DNA of 47,210 bases from an uncultured Collinsella sp. (GCA_900548495.1 URKT01000001.1:1-47210); one strand, 5' to 3'. Positions 26,597 through 36,306 are shown, counted from the first letter of the stretch. Notes: generated from the letters alone by a model not told the origin. Numbers and translations: made by a program.

Positions 26597-29398
26597 CTAC
26601 AAAGCACCGGCGCAGCGCTTGCAAATATGTGCGTGACCGTTGTACTCGCCAACGGTGGTGCGGTAGTTCCAGCAACGGTCGCAGCACTCGCCCTCGGCAG
26701 CTTCAATGGCAACGGAGAGCTCCTCGCCCTGGGTCAGCTCAACATCGGAGACGATGTAGAACTCGGCCAGGTCGACGGCCTTATCACCGGTCAGCAGCGC
26801 GTACATCTCGGCAGGAACGACCGCCTTGACGCGGACCTGCTGGCTCTTAGTGAAGGTGCCGGCAGAACGGGCATCCTCAAGGGCCTTGGTCACGGCGCTA
26901 CGGAGCTCAAGAGAAGCCTCGAGCACGCCCTCGAACTCATTGGCCTCGTCGACCGTGATGGGCGACTTGTACCAATCGAGCAGCGCGGCGTACTTCTGGT
27001 GATCGACGCAGCCAGCGGGCGCATATGCCATGGCCTCGTCAACCGTGTAGGACAGGATCGGCTGCAGGTCGCGCATGAGCATCGAGAAGAGCTCGGCCAG
27101 CACGGTCTGGGCGCTGCGGCGCTCGAGCGAGCCGGGCTTGTCGCAGTACAGACGGTCCTTCAGGGCGTCGAGGTACACGTTGGAGAGCTCGGTAACCACG
27201 AAGTCGTAGAGCGCACGGTAGGCGCGCGGGAACTCGTAGCTGGCGTAGGCGTCGTCGACCTCGGCCTGGACCTGAGTCAGGCGGGCAACCATGAGCTTGT
27301 CGAGCGGCAGCAGGTCGGCAAAGGCGACGCCGTCGGTCTCGGGCTCAAACTGACCCTCGAGCTCGGAGAGCAGGAAGCGCAGCGTGTTGCGGAAACGACG
27401 GTAGGCATCGGACGTACGAGCGAGAATCTCATGGTCGATGGAGACGTCGGAGCTGGTGTCGACGGAGGCAACCCACAGGCGGATGATGTCAGCGCCCATC
27501 TCGTCGCAGACCTTGTTGGGGTCGATAACATTGCCGAGCGACTTGGACATCTTGCGGCCCTGGCCATCGAGCGTGAAGCCCTGCGAGACGACCGCCTTGT
27601 ACGGAGCATGGCCGTTGGCACCCACCGAGGTGAGCAGCGAGCTCTGGAACCAACCGCGATGCTGGTCGGAGCCCTCGAGATACACGTCAGCCGGGTACTC
27701 AAGCTCGGGTCGATACTCGCAGACGGCCTTCCAGGACACACCGGAGTCCCACCACACATCGAGGATGTCCTTATCGGCCTTGAGGTGATGGCCGCCGCAC
27801 TTGGGGCAGACGCAGGCCTCGCCCAGGTAGCTCTCGGGAGCGTCGGTGAACCAGGCATCGGAGCCCTTCTCGTGGAAGAGCTTGATGACGGCGTCGAGCG
27901 TGGCGTCGTTCATGACCTTCTCGCCGCAGTCGGCGCAGGTGTAGCTCGGGATGGGCACGCCCCAGTTTCGCTGACGGCTGATGCACCAGTCGGGACGCTG
28001 CTCGACCATGGCGCCGATGCGGTTGGCGGCGTGAGCCGGATACCACTTGACGTTCTCGCGGACCTCCTTGCCAGCCTGCTCGCGCAAACCGGTCTTGTCC
28101 ATCGAGACAAACCACTGGTCGGTAGCACGGAAGAGCACCGGGTGCTTGCAGCGCCAGCAGTGCGGATAGCTGTGCGTGATCTTCTTCTCGAGGACCAGGG
28201 TGCCGCGCTCGCGCAGGAACTCGATGATGTGCGGGTTGGCCTCATCAGTATCCATACCGCTGAAGGGGCCACCGGTGCCGAACTCCTCACCGGTGTAGAA
28301 CTTGCCGTCGTCATCGACCGGCATGCAGATGTCGGTGATGCCCTCCTTGAGGCAGGCGAAGTAGTCGTCGACGCCGTGGCCGGGCGAGTTGTGGACGATA
28401 CCGGTACCGTCATCGACACCGACGTAATCGGCCAGCAGCGCCACGCCCTCAACGCCGTCAAAGATCGGCTGCTTGTAGTGGATGTGGTGGAAGGTCTCGG
28501 CGGGAACCACGTAGGGCTTGCCGTCGACCATAACCGGGGTGTACTCCCAGCCAAACTCCTCACAGCACTTGGGAGCCAGGTCCTCGAGCATGACCTCGGC
28601 ACGACCATCGTGCTCAACGGCGACATAGGCGGCGCCGGGCTTGAGGGAAACGGCCTGGTCGGAGGGGATGGTCCACGGCGTGGTCGTCCAGATGATAAAG
28701 TCGACCGGGCCGTCGAAGTTCTCGAGGCCGGCGGGCTTGGAGGTCATCTCAAAGCGAACGAAGATGGAGGGGCTCGTCTCGTCGGAGTACTCAATCTCGG
28801 CCTCGGCCAGCGCGGTGTGGCAGTGCTTGCACCAGTGAACCGGCTTGTGGCCACGATAGATCATGCCCTTATCGAACATGGCCTTAAAGACCTCGATGTC
28901 GGCGGCGTCATGCTGGTGATAGAGCGTCAGATACGGGTTGTCCCAATCGCCGAGCACGCCCAGGCGACGGAAGCCGGCCTTCTGCAGTTCGATGTTCTCG
29001 ACAGCGAACTCGTTGCAGAGCTCACGGATCTTGGCCGTGGGGGTCTGGTTGAACTTCTCAGTGCCGAGCTTCTCCTCGACCTTATGCTCGATCGGCTGGC
29101 CATGGCAGTCCCAACCGGGGACATAGGGAACCTCATAGCCCTGCATCATCCAGTAACGGTTGATCATGTCCTTGGAGATCTTGTTCATAGCGTGGCCGAT
29201 GTGGATCGGACCGTTGGCGTACGGAGGGCCGTCGTGCAGCACGAACTTCTTGTGACCCTCGTTCTTCTTTAGAACTTGCTCGTAGACCTTGTTGTCCTGC
29301 CAGTCCTTGAGTCGCTTGGGCTCGGACTTGGAAAGACCGGCACGCATGGGAAATCCGGTTTTGGGCAGATTCATCGTCTGCTTGTACTCGTTTGCCAC
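26597..29398 (-). CDS. ileS: Isoleucine--tRNA ligase (type 1)
   Basis: PYANGPIHIGH, WCISRQR, GSDQHRGWF, KMSKS, C-terminal CDRCW...CKRC zinc finger; GTG start with GAAAGGGG RBS. Confidence 0.97.
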   Translation of the reverse strand: MANEYKQTMNLPKTGFPMRAGLSKSEPKRLKDWQDNKVYEQVLKKNEGHKKFVLHDGPPYANGPIHIGHAMNKISKDMINRYWMMQGYEVPYVPGWDCHGQPIEHKVEEKLGTEKFNQTPTAKIRELCNEFAVENIELQKAGFRRLGVLGDWDNPYLTLYHQHDAADIEVFKAMFDKGMIYRGHKPVHWCKHCHTALAEAEIEYSDETSPSIFVRFEMTSKPAGLENFDGPVDFIIWTTTPWTIPSDQAVSLKPGAAYVAVEHDGRAEVMLEDLAPKCCEEFGWEYTPVMVDGKPYVVPAETFHHIHYKQPIFDGVEGVALLADYVGVDDGTGIVHNSPGHGVDDYFACLKEGITDICMPVDDDGKFYTGEEFGTGGPFSGMDTDEANPHIIEFLRERGTLVLEKKITHSYPHCWRCKHPVLFRATDQWFVSMDKTGLREQAGKEVRENVKWYPAHAANRIGAMVEQRPDWCISRQRNWGVPIPSYTCADCGEKVMNDATLDAVIKLFHEKGSDAWFTDAPESYLGEACVCPKCGGHHLKADKDILDVWWDSGVSWKAVCEYRPELEYPADVYLEGSDQHRGWFQSSLLTSVGANGHAPYKAVVSQGFTLDGQGRKMSKSLGNVIDPNKVCDEMGADIIRLWVASVDTSSDVSIDHEILARTSDAYRRFRNTLRFLLSELEGQFEPETDGVAFADLLPLDKLMVARLTQVQAEVDDAYASYEFPRAYRALYDFVVTELSNVYLDALKDRLYCDKPGSLERRSAQTVLAELFSMLMRDLQPILSYTVDEAMAYAPAGCVDHQKYAALLDWYKSPITVDEANEFEGVLEASLELRSAVTKALEDARSAGTFTKSQQVRVKAVVPAEMYALLTGDKAVDLAEFYIVSDVELTQGEELSVAIEAAEGECCDRCWNYRTTVGEYNGHAHICKRCAGAL

Positions 29399-29441
29399 GG
29401 TACCCCTTTCATGTCGTGGGCGCGCACGCCCTCTGGGCACC

Positions 29442-29745
29442 AAAAAAGCGCCCGTCCCTACAAGCTGGGACGAAGCGCCACAAAACGGGCAGTCTACCCG
29501 TAAAAGCTCTTCGTTTAACCACCCAGCTTAGATGCCCTCGCCCGCGTATTCGCGCGCTCGCATCCGTTACTCGGCTGGCCTGTATCGACGACCATCTCGG
29601 CGATATCTACTAAGACGTGCCTGTGCGGCATATCCGTTGGGACCGCAGCTCCGGGGTGATTTTCATCGGTCGCATGCGCGGGTTCTCAGCGATCCCCGCT
29701 CTCTGTAGCATGCGGACGGCCGACTACTCGTCCCCATCAACGCTT
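29442..29745 (-). promoter_or_regulatory. T-box riboswitch (Ile, AUC specifier) with antiterminator and intrinsic terminator
   Basis: Stem I with AGUA, AGAGA, GCUG and GAA motifs; AUC at 29658-29660; antiterminator aagcuggg-UGGUUAA-acgaag / cuucgu-cccagcuu; terminator at 29442-29478; -10 TAGCAT at 29755-29760. Confidence 0.92.
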
Positions 29746-29884
29746 ATGCGGAGTATGCTAGCACGTTCAGCGCCGGCGAAAAACCCTCAACACTGGTTTT
29801 ATACGTTCGAAATTTCTCGCGGCTGTGGACCTTCTCTTGGAGCAAAATACCTGAAAGCACTTTATCGAACGAAAGAAGGTTGCT

Positions 29885-30967
29885 ATGCGCACGATTGGAA
29901 TGAGCGACTACACCGTTGGCGAGGATTGCTTTGACGAGCTGCCCACCGCACTGGCGGAGTACGGAGCGACCAAGGTCGCGATCATCGGTGGCAAGCGAGC
30001 ACTGGCCGCAGCACTTCCCGGTATCGAAGCTGCGCTAGCGGGTACCGACGTCGAGATTCTGGAGACGCGCGTCTATGGCACCAACAGTACGCGTGCCAAT
30101 ATCGCCAAAGTCGTGAACTCTCCTGCCTGCCAGGAAGCCGACGTGATCATCGCCTGCGGCGGCGGCAAGGCGCTCGACACCGTGAAGACCGCAGCCATCG
30201 AGCTCAAGAAGATAGTCTTCACCGTCCCGACGATCTGTTCCAACTGCTCCGCCGCTACCGCCATTGCCGTCGTGTACAACGACGACGGCTCGCTCGAGGG
30301 TTATTCGTACCCCAACCGACCGGCGCACATCTTCATCAACCCCAAGATCATCGCCGAAGCTCCGGCGGAATACTTCTGGGCCGGCGTGGGCGATGCCTTG
30401 TCTAAGCAGCCTGAGGTCGAATACGCCACGAGCGCCGGTAATTTGGAGCACACCGCCGGTCTTGGCCTGGCACTCGCCCACACCTGCTCCGAGCCGCTGT
30501 TTACCTATGGCGTCCAGGGGCTTGAGGACGTGCGCCAGGACCTGTCGAGCGAAGCCGTCAAGCAGATCGCGCTCGACATCGTGGTCAACACGGGCTATGT
30601 CTCGAACCTGACCAACCAAAACGATTACTACTACAACTCGAGCGTGGCGCACGCATTCTACAATGCGACGTGCAGCATTCCGCGCGAGGGAACCTATCTG
30701 CACGGCGAGGTCGTGAGCTTGGGCGTGCTCGTCCTGTTTGCCTATACGGGCGATACCGAGAACCTTGAGCGCTACGCCGCCTTTAACAAGCAGATGGGCC
30801 TGCCCGTGACGCTTGAGCAGGTCGGGCTTTCCGAGGCCGATATCCCTGCCCTGTGCGAATACGCGCACGCCACCAACGAGTGGAAGCAGGGCAACCCTGA
30901 GCCCTTCACCGACGAAAAGTTCGCCGCCGCCATCAAGGCCGCCAACGCCTACGGCCACACGCTCTAG
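29885..30967 (+). CDS. Iron-containing alcohol dehydrogenase family, glycerol dehydrogenase-like
   Basis: CGGGKALD, VPTICSNCS, GVGDAL, AHAFYN, LHGEVV. Confidence 0.88.
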   Translation: MRTIGMSDYTVGEDCFDELPTALAEYGATKVAIIGGKRALAAALPGIEAALAGTDVEILETRVYGTNSTRANIAKVVNSPACQEADVIIACGGGKALDTVKTAAIELKKIVFTVPTICSNCSAATAIAVVYNDDGSLEGYSYPNRPAHIFINPKIIAEAPAEYFWAGVGDALSKQPEVEYATSAGNLEHTAGLGLALAHTCSEPLFTYGVQGLEDVRQDLSSEAVKQIALDIVVNTGYVSNLTNQNDYYYNSSVAHAFYNATCSIPREGTYLHGEVVSLGVLVLFAYTGDTENLERYAAFNKQMGLPVTLEQVGLSEADIPALCEYAHATNEWKQGNPEPFTDEKFAAAIKAANAYGHTL

Positions 30968-30976
30968 GCCTAGCCC

Positions 30977-31015
30977 AAAACCACCACAAGGGAACAGTGC
31001 CCTTGTGGTGGTTTT
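30977..31015. terminator. Bidirectional terminator between convergent genes
   Basis: Perfect 16-bp IR aaaaccaccacaaggg / cccttgtggtggtttt. Confidence 0.85.
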
Positions 31016-31471
31016 TTATTGCTCCAGCATGCTGGGGTCGAACTCGCTAACCGGGATCACGCGATAACCGTGGCGGAGCAGTAAATCAACGAAGACGCCG
31101 TTGCCCGCCGTGAGGGTGCCACTGAATGTTCCGTCGTAGACGAGGCTCGCGCCGCACGAGGGACTGCGATCCTGCAAGACGCACGCAGCAATCTCGGAAG
31201 GGCCGCCCGCTTGCTCGCACATATCGAGCGCACGTTGAGCGCCCAGACGAAACTCGCGATCGACCGAGGTACCCCCGCAGGTACGGACCTCGCCATTCAC
31301 AATCTCGGACGGCTTGCGCGGCGTGGGCAGGCCGCCGAAGACCTCGGGGCACACCAACAAGACCTCAGTCCCTGTACGCTCGCAGGCCTCGACCAACTCG
31401 CGATGATAGTTGTCGAGCCCGTTATACTTGCAGCTCTCGCCCATCAAACAGGCACTCACCACGATCTTCAT
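31016..31471 (-). CDS. DUF523 family protein (2-thiouracil desulfurase-like, Fe-S)
   Basis: VSACLMGESCKYNG, VCPEVFGGLPTPR, SPSCG, GNGV. Confidence 0.88.
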   Translation of the reverse strand: MKIVVSACLMGESCKYNGLDNYHRELVEACERTGTEVLLVCPEVFGGLPTPRKPSEIVNGEVRTCGGTSVDREFRLGAQRALDMCEQAGGPSEIAACVLQDRSPSCGASLVYDGTFSGTLTAGNGVFVDLLLRHGYRVIPVSEFDPSMLEQ

Positions 31472-31488
31472 TTCCATCCCTCTCAAGC

Positions 31489-31526
31489 AAAACGCCCCAT
31501 TTGAGTAAGCTGCTCAAATGGGGCGT
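31489..31526 (-). terminator. Terminator of ftsH
   Basis: 14-bp IR acgccccatttgag / ctcaaatggggcgt followed by Ts. Confidence 0.8.
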
Positions 31527-31552
31527 CGACGTTTACTGGCTCGGCCGCGGCT

Positions 31553-33460
31553 TTACTGCTGCTTGGGCATCAGCGGATTCTCGCGCGTGAGGAGGTTCAT
31601 GAACTCCTCACCCGTAATGGTCTCCTTCTTGTACAGATAACGAGCCAGCTCATGGAGCTTAAACTTGTTCTCCTTGAGGATCTGCAGGGCGCGATCGTGC
31701 GCGTCCTCGATCAGCTTAGCGACAATCGCGTCCACGCGCTCGGCCGTACCGGGGGCGCAGGTGAGCGACGTATCCTGGTTGAGGTACGCATTCTGGACGG
31801 TACCGAGCGCCATCATGCCAAACTCGTCGGACATACCAAAGCGCGTCACCATGTTGCGGGCGAGCTTGGTGGCCTGCTCGATGTCGTTGGCGGCGCCGGT
31901 CGTCATCTCTCCAAAGATGAGCTCCTCGGCTGCGCGGCCACCGCAATAGACAGCGAGCTTGTCCAAGACCTCCTGGCGCGTCGTCAGGAAGCGCTCGTCC
32001 TCCTCGACCTGCATGGTATAACCAAGAGCACCGCTCGTGCGCGGCACGATGGTGATCTTCGTGACCGGCGCAGAGCCCTTCTGGCGAGCGGCAACGATGG
32101 CATGGCCGATCTCGTGATAAGAAACGACCTGCTTCTCGTGGTCGGACAGCACCGTGGACTTACGCTGTTGGCCGGCAATGACGACCTCCACCGACTCCTC
32201 GAAGTCGTCCTGGGTTGCACGCTTGCGACCCTCGCGAACGGCGCGCAGGGCGCCCTCGTTAATGATATTGGCCAGGTCGGCGCCCGAGGCACCGGGCGTG
32301 GCGCGGGCAATCGCGGTCAGGTCGATCGGCGGCTCGGTCTTCACGCTCTTGGCATGCAGCTCGAGGATGTTCTTGCGGCCGGTCAGATCGGGCAGCTCGA
32401 CGGGGATGCGGCGGTCAAAACGACCGGGGCGCAGTAGAGCGGGATCGAGACTGTCGGGGCGGTTGGTTGCGGCAAGGACAACGATACCCTTGTGGTTATC
32501 GAAGCCATCCATCTCGGTCAGCAACTGATTGAGCGTCTGCTCGCGCTCGTCGTTGCCGCTAAAGCCGCCGCCATCGCGCTTCTTACCGATGGTATCGATC
32601 TCATCGATAAAGACGATACACGGTGCCTTTTCCTTGGCCTGCTTAAACAGGTCACGAACCTTAGCAGCGCCGCGACCGACAAACATCTCAACGAACTCAG
32701 AGCCCGAAATGCTAAAGAACGGAACACCGGCCTCGCCGGCAACAGCCTTGGCAAGCAGGGTCTTACCGGTACCCGGAGGGCCAACAAGGAGAGCACCACG
32801 CGGCAGCTTGGCGCCGATCTCCTCGTAGCGCTGGGGCTTCTCCAGAAAGTCGACGACCTCCTTGAGGGACTCCTTGGCCTCTTCCTGGCCGGCGACATCC
32901 TTAAAGGTCACGCCCACGTCTTTGGAGGCGATCACGCGCGCGCCGGACTTGCCCAGTCCACCGCCGCCAAAGCCACCGCCGCCAAAGTTCATCGAAGGAC
33001 CGTCATCACCCATGGCCTTCTTCATGCGGCGGTTGAGCCACCAGCCGATCAGGAAGAAAATCGCCATGGGAAGGATGAGCGTAAGCAGGTAGTAGGTCAT
33101 CAAACCCGAGTTTTTATCGGGAACGACCGACTCCAGCGAAGCGCCAGACTCAAGCACGCGATCGGTAAAGCCCGCATCGTTCGGCACACCGGTCGTCTTA
33201 TAGGCGATGTTCTCGTCCTCGCCCTTCTTGGTGTAATAAATCGAGTAATCGTCCGTGTTGTACTCGACCTTGTCGACACTCTTCTTATCGAGCGCTTTGA
33301 CAAACGTCGAGTAATCGGTCTTCGTAATCTGCTGCGTGTGACCGATGTTGGGGAACAGAACGGTCGAGAGCACGAGGTAGACGACGAAGGCGATGAGCAC
33401 GTAGAGGATCATATTCCGTCTACGCTTGTTGTCATCCATCTCCATCTGCTTGAACTCCAT
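31553..33460 (-). CDS. ftsH: ATP-dependent zinc metalloprotease FtsH
   Basis: Two TM helices, [28 protein letters not shown]. Confidence 0.96.
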   Translation of the reverse strand: MEFKQMEMDDNKRRRNMILYVLIAFVVYLVLSTVLFPNIGHTQQITKTDYSTFVKALDKKSVDKVEYNTDDYSIYYTKKGEDENIAYKTTGVPNDAGFTDRVLESGASLESVVPDKNSGLMTYYLLTLILPMAIFFLIGWWLNRRMKKAMGDDGPSMNFGGGGFGGGGLGKSGARVIASKDVGVTFKDVAGQEEAKESLKEVVDFLEKPQRYEEIGAKLPRGALLVGPPGTGKTLLAKAVAGEAGVPFFSISGSEFVEMFVGRGAAKVRDLFKQAKEKAPCIVFIDEIDTIGKKRDGGGFSGNDEREQTLNQLLTEMDGFDNHKGIVVLAATNRPDSLDPALLRPGRFDRRIPVELPDLTGRKNILELHAKSVKTEPPIDLTAIARATPGASGADLANIINEGALRAVREGRKRATQDDFEESVEVVIAGQQRKSTVLSDHEKQVVSYHEIGHAIVAARQKGSAPVTKITIVPRTSGALGYTMQVEEDERFLTTRQEVLDKLAVYCGGRAAEELIFGEMTTGAANDIEQATKLARNMVTRFGMSDEFGMMALGTVQNAYLNQDTSLTCAPGTAERVDAIVAKLIEDAHDRALQILKENKFKLHELARYLYKKETITGEEFMNLLTRENPLMPKQQ

Positions 33461-33487
33461 CTACTGGGGTTAATAATGCTTTCTAGA

Positions 33488-33513
33488 ATACCCAACCCGG
33501 ACGGCGATAAACC
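33488..33513 (-). promoter_or_regulatory. Candidate SigB/SigF-type promoter of ftsH
   Basis: GGTTT-N15-GGGTAT, 27 nt upstream of the ATG. Confidence 0.55.
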
Positions 33514-33537
33514 GACGCCGGGCACGAAAAGACAGAG

Positions 33538-33785
33538 ATGGCATCACTGGAAGTCGGCAAGGTTCAAATCTATACGGGCGACGGCAAGGGCAAGACGACG
33601 GCTGCGTTGGGGCGCGAGAGGATGTCGAGGAACTGATTGCGATAAAGCCCGCCACCACGGAACTCGTGCTCACCGGCCGCGGCTTGCTACCCCTCGCCGA
33701 CCTTGCCGACCTAGTAACCGAAATGCGCCCCGTCAAACACCACTTCGATGAAGGTCTCCTAGCCCGCCAAGGCATCGAATACTAG
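33538..33785 (+). pseudogene. cobO: Cob(I)yrinic acid a,c-diamide adenosyltransferase, internally deleted and frameshifted
   Basis: MASLEVGKVQIYTGDGKGKTTAALG, then in another frame ELVLTGRG...ADLVTEMRPVKHHFDEGLLARQGIEY*; not in the ORF track. Confidence 0.88.
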
Positions 33786-33807
33786 CCATTGGGGACGTCC
33801 CGAATGG

Positions 33808-35157
33808 CTAGGCGGTGGCGCGGCCGAGCCAGTTGCCGCTGTGGTGGTAGATGGTGAACATCGTGGCCGTGATGAGCCAGGTTACGGGGTAAACCAACAG
33901 CAGGTGCTCAAGAGACGGATCGAACGGCATAATCGCAAACACCCAGATCACCCTGAGCACGACAGTGCCAAAAATCGTGAGCAGCATGGGCTGCAAGCTC
34001 ACGCCGGCACCGCGAATGGAGCCCGACGCGTTTTCGATAATCGAGAAAATCGCGTAGAACGGCGCGATGAAATGAAGAATCGTCGTGGTGTACGCCGAAA
34101 TCGAAACATCGTCGACAAACAGACGCGACAACGGACCCGAGAACACCAGCAGCACGGCAGACAGGCCACCAATGAGCATAAACGACAGCACGAGCGACGT
34201 ATGGTAGCCCTTGCGCATGCGCTCATAGTTGCGCGCGCCAAAGTTCTGTGCCGAGAACGTGGTGATCGACACGCCGAGCGCCTCGGTAACCATCCAGACA
34301 ATGCCATCTAAGCGGCCCGAAAGACCCCACGCCGTGGTGACATCGGCACCAAACGAGTTGACCGACACTTGAATCAAAACGTTGGAAATCGAATACGCAG
34401 CAGACTGAAAGCCAAGCGGCAGACCACACGAGATCATACTCTTGCAAATACCGCGATCGATGCCGAGCTTAGACAGCGAAAGACGCCATGCACCCGGAGC
34501 GCGCATCATGCGCAACACGATCATCGTTGCATTGGAGCAAATGGTCAGCGCCACTGCGATGCCACAGCCCAGCGCCTCCATATGCAACACAGCGACAAAA
34601 ATGATATCCAGCACCACGTTAACCAGGCAGCCAGAGGCAATGATCACGGCAGGCCCGCGCGTGTCGCCCACGGCGCGCAGCAGTGCCGTTCCCATATTGA
34701 GCAGCAGCGCTGCAACCATGGCGGCAAAATAACAACGAGCATAGGCCACGCCCTCGGCCAATAGTTCATGCGGCGTGTTCATAAGCACCAGCATGGGCTC
34801 AACGAACACTATGCCAAGAATCGAGAAAACGATACCTCCCACCAGCGCGAGCGTCATGGCTGTATGGACCGAACGACTCAGTCTCTCATCATCGTGCTGG
34901 CCAAAATACTGACCGGTAATGACCGCGCAGCCGGCGCCGACGCCAACGCAAAAGCCAATGCAGAGCTCGGTGAGCACCATCGTGGCTTGAATGCCACCCA
35001 GTGCGAGCTTGCCGCCAAACTGGCCAACGATATACGTACCGATAAGCGTGTAGGCCTGCTGAAAAAACGAACTAAAAAAGATGGGAACGCACAGCGACAG
35101 CAATTGCTGCCAAATGACTCCTTGCGTTACATCGATAGCCGTAGATTTCTTAGCCAC
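33808..35157 (-). CDS. MATE family efflux transporter
   Basis: About 12 TM helices, LRAVGDTRGP, NVVLD, SAQNFGA, IRGAG; GTG start with GGAGGG RBS. Confidence 0.92.
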   Translation of the reverse strand: MAKKSTAIDVTQGVIWQQLLSLCVPIFFSSFFQQAYTLIGTYIVGQFGGKLALGGIQATMVLTELCIGFCVGVGAGCAVITGQYFGQHDDERLSRSVHTAMTLALVGGIVFSILGIVFVEPMLVLMNTPHELLAEGVAYARCYFAAMVAALLLNMGTALLRAVGDTRGPAVIIASGCLVNVVLDIIFVAVLHMEALGCGIAVALTICSNATMIVLRMMRAPGAWRLSLSKLGIDRGICKSMISCGLPLGFQSAAYSISNVLIQVSVNSFGADVTTAWGLSGRLDGIVWMVTEALGVSITTFSAQNFGARNYERMRKGYHTSLVLSFMLIGGLSAVLLVFSGPLSRLFVDDVSISAYTTTILHFIAPFYAIFSIIENASGSIRGAGVSLQPMLLTIFGTVVLRVIWVFAIMPFDPSLEHLLLVYPVTWLITATMFTIYHHSGNWLGRATA

Positions 35158-35282
35158 ACGCCCTCCCCACACGCATACGTCAATCAGCAAAACAGCAATT
35201 TAAAACCAAAGCCAAAACCAGCTTAGCACCGACTGGCGGCGACCGAAACACCCCGAATTAGAGCACGGTGCGGAATAACTGC

Positions 35283-36197
35283 CTAGTGATACAAACCCGG
35301 CTGGTAGTGATACTCATTGCTCACGTGCGGGCATAGCTGCCAAAAGGCGACGGCGCTCGCCGCGGCCACGTTGAGCGAATCGACCCCGTGCGCCATCGGA
35401 ATACGCACCGCGTGGTCACAGCCGGCAATGGTCTTGGCGCCCAAGCCGGCACCCTCGGTGCCCATAAAAATCGCCAAGCGATCAATCTTCTGCAGCACAG
35501 GCTCATCAAGCGAAACAGAGTCGTCCGTCAACGCCATAGCGGCACACGAAAAACCGGCATCGTGCAACGCGCTCAGACCATCATGCGGCCACACACGAGC
35601 CTCGCTGCCAATGCGCGTCCACGGCACCTGAAACACGGTGCCCATGCTCACGCGGGCCGAGCGACGGTACAGCGGGTCGCAGCACGTCGGACTGACCAAA
35701 ATACCGTCAACGTTCAATGCGGCAGCCGAGCGGAAAATCGCGCCAACGTTGGTGTGATCAACAATACCCTCAAGCACGCACACGCGCACCGGACGATCCC
35801 CCGCCGCATCGACGACGCCGCCCAAGAACTCATCAACCGGAATCTGACGCGGGCGACGGAACGCCGCCAGCGCACCGCGCGTAACGTTAAAGCCCGTCAA
35901 CTGCTCCATGAGCTCCATGGAGGCCACGAACACGGGAACCGGACCCGCTCCCTCGCGCACGACAAGCTGGTCAAACAGCGGCATCATCTGGTCGAGCCAG
36001 CGCTCGCCCAAAAGAAAGCTCACCGGCTCATATCCGGCGCGAACCGCACGCTCGATGACCTTGGCACTCTCAGCGATAAAAATGCCCTTCTGCGGCTCCA
36101 GCACGCAGCGAAGCTCACGCTCGGTCAGTCGCACGTAGGCATCGAGCCGCTCGTCCTCGAGCGAATCAATTCGCAGAACCTCAACGGCATCAGTCAT
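35283..36197 (-). CDS. TrmH/SpoU family RNA methyltransferase
   Basis: DHTNVGAIFRSA, RVSMG, GTEGAGL, IPM..GVDSLNVAAA. Confidence 0.92.
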   Translation of the reverse strand: MTDAVEVLRIDSLEDERLDAYVRLTERELRCVLEPQKGIFIAESAKVIERAVRAGYEPVSFLLGERWLDQMMPLFDQLVVREGAGPVPVFVASMELMEQLTGFNVTRGALAAFRRPRQIPVDEFLGGVVDAAGDRPVRVCVLEGIVDHTNVGAIFRSAAALNVDGILVSPTCCDPLYRRSARVSMGTVFQVPWTRIGSEARVWPHDGLSALHDAGFSCAAMALTDDSVSLDEPVLQKIDRLAIFMGTEGAGLGAKTIAGCDHAVRIPMAHGVDSLNVAAASAVAFWQLCPHVSNEYHYQPGLYH

Positions 36198-36306
36198 AGC
36201 AGCCAGCCCGCACCCTTCTTTACAGCATATCAATACCAAACGAGGCGACGCTAAGCGCCGCCCCATGCATTCAACCAAACCGATGATACCGTTCACGCCA
36301 GACGAT

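Noticed and set aside
26627..29272. 881-aa ORF antisense to ileS
   Set aside because: Same antisense-frame artefact, also seen opposite smc, ffh, ftsH, thyA and the peptidase
29617..29934. Small ORFs upstream of ileS as leader peptides
   Set aside because: The region is explained by the T-box RNA on the minus strand
33470..33775. 101-aa minus-strand ORF upstream of ftsH
   Set aside because: It is the antisense of the cobO remnant
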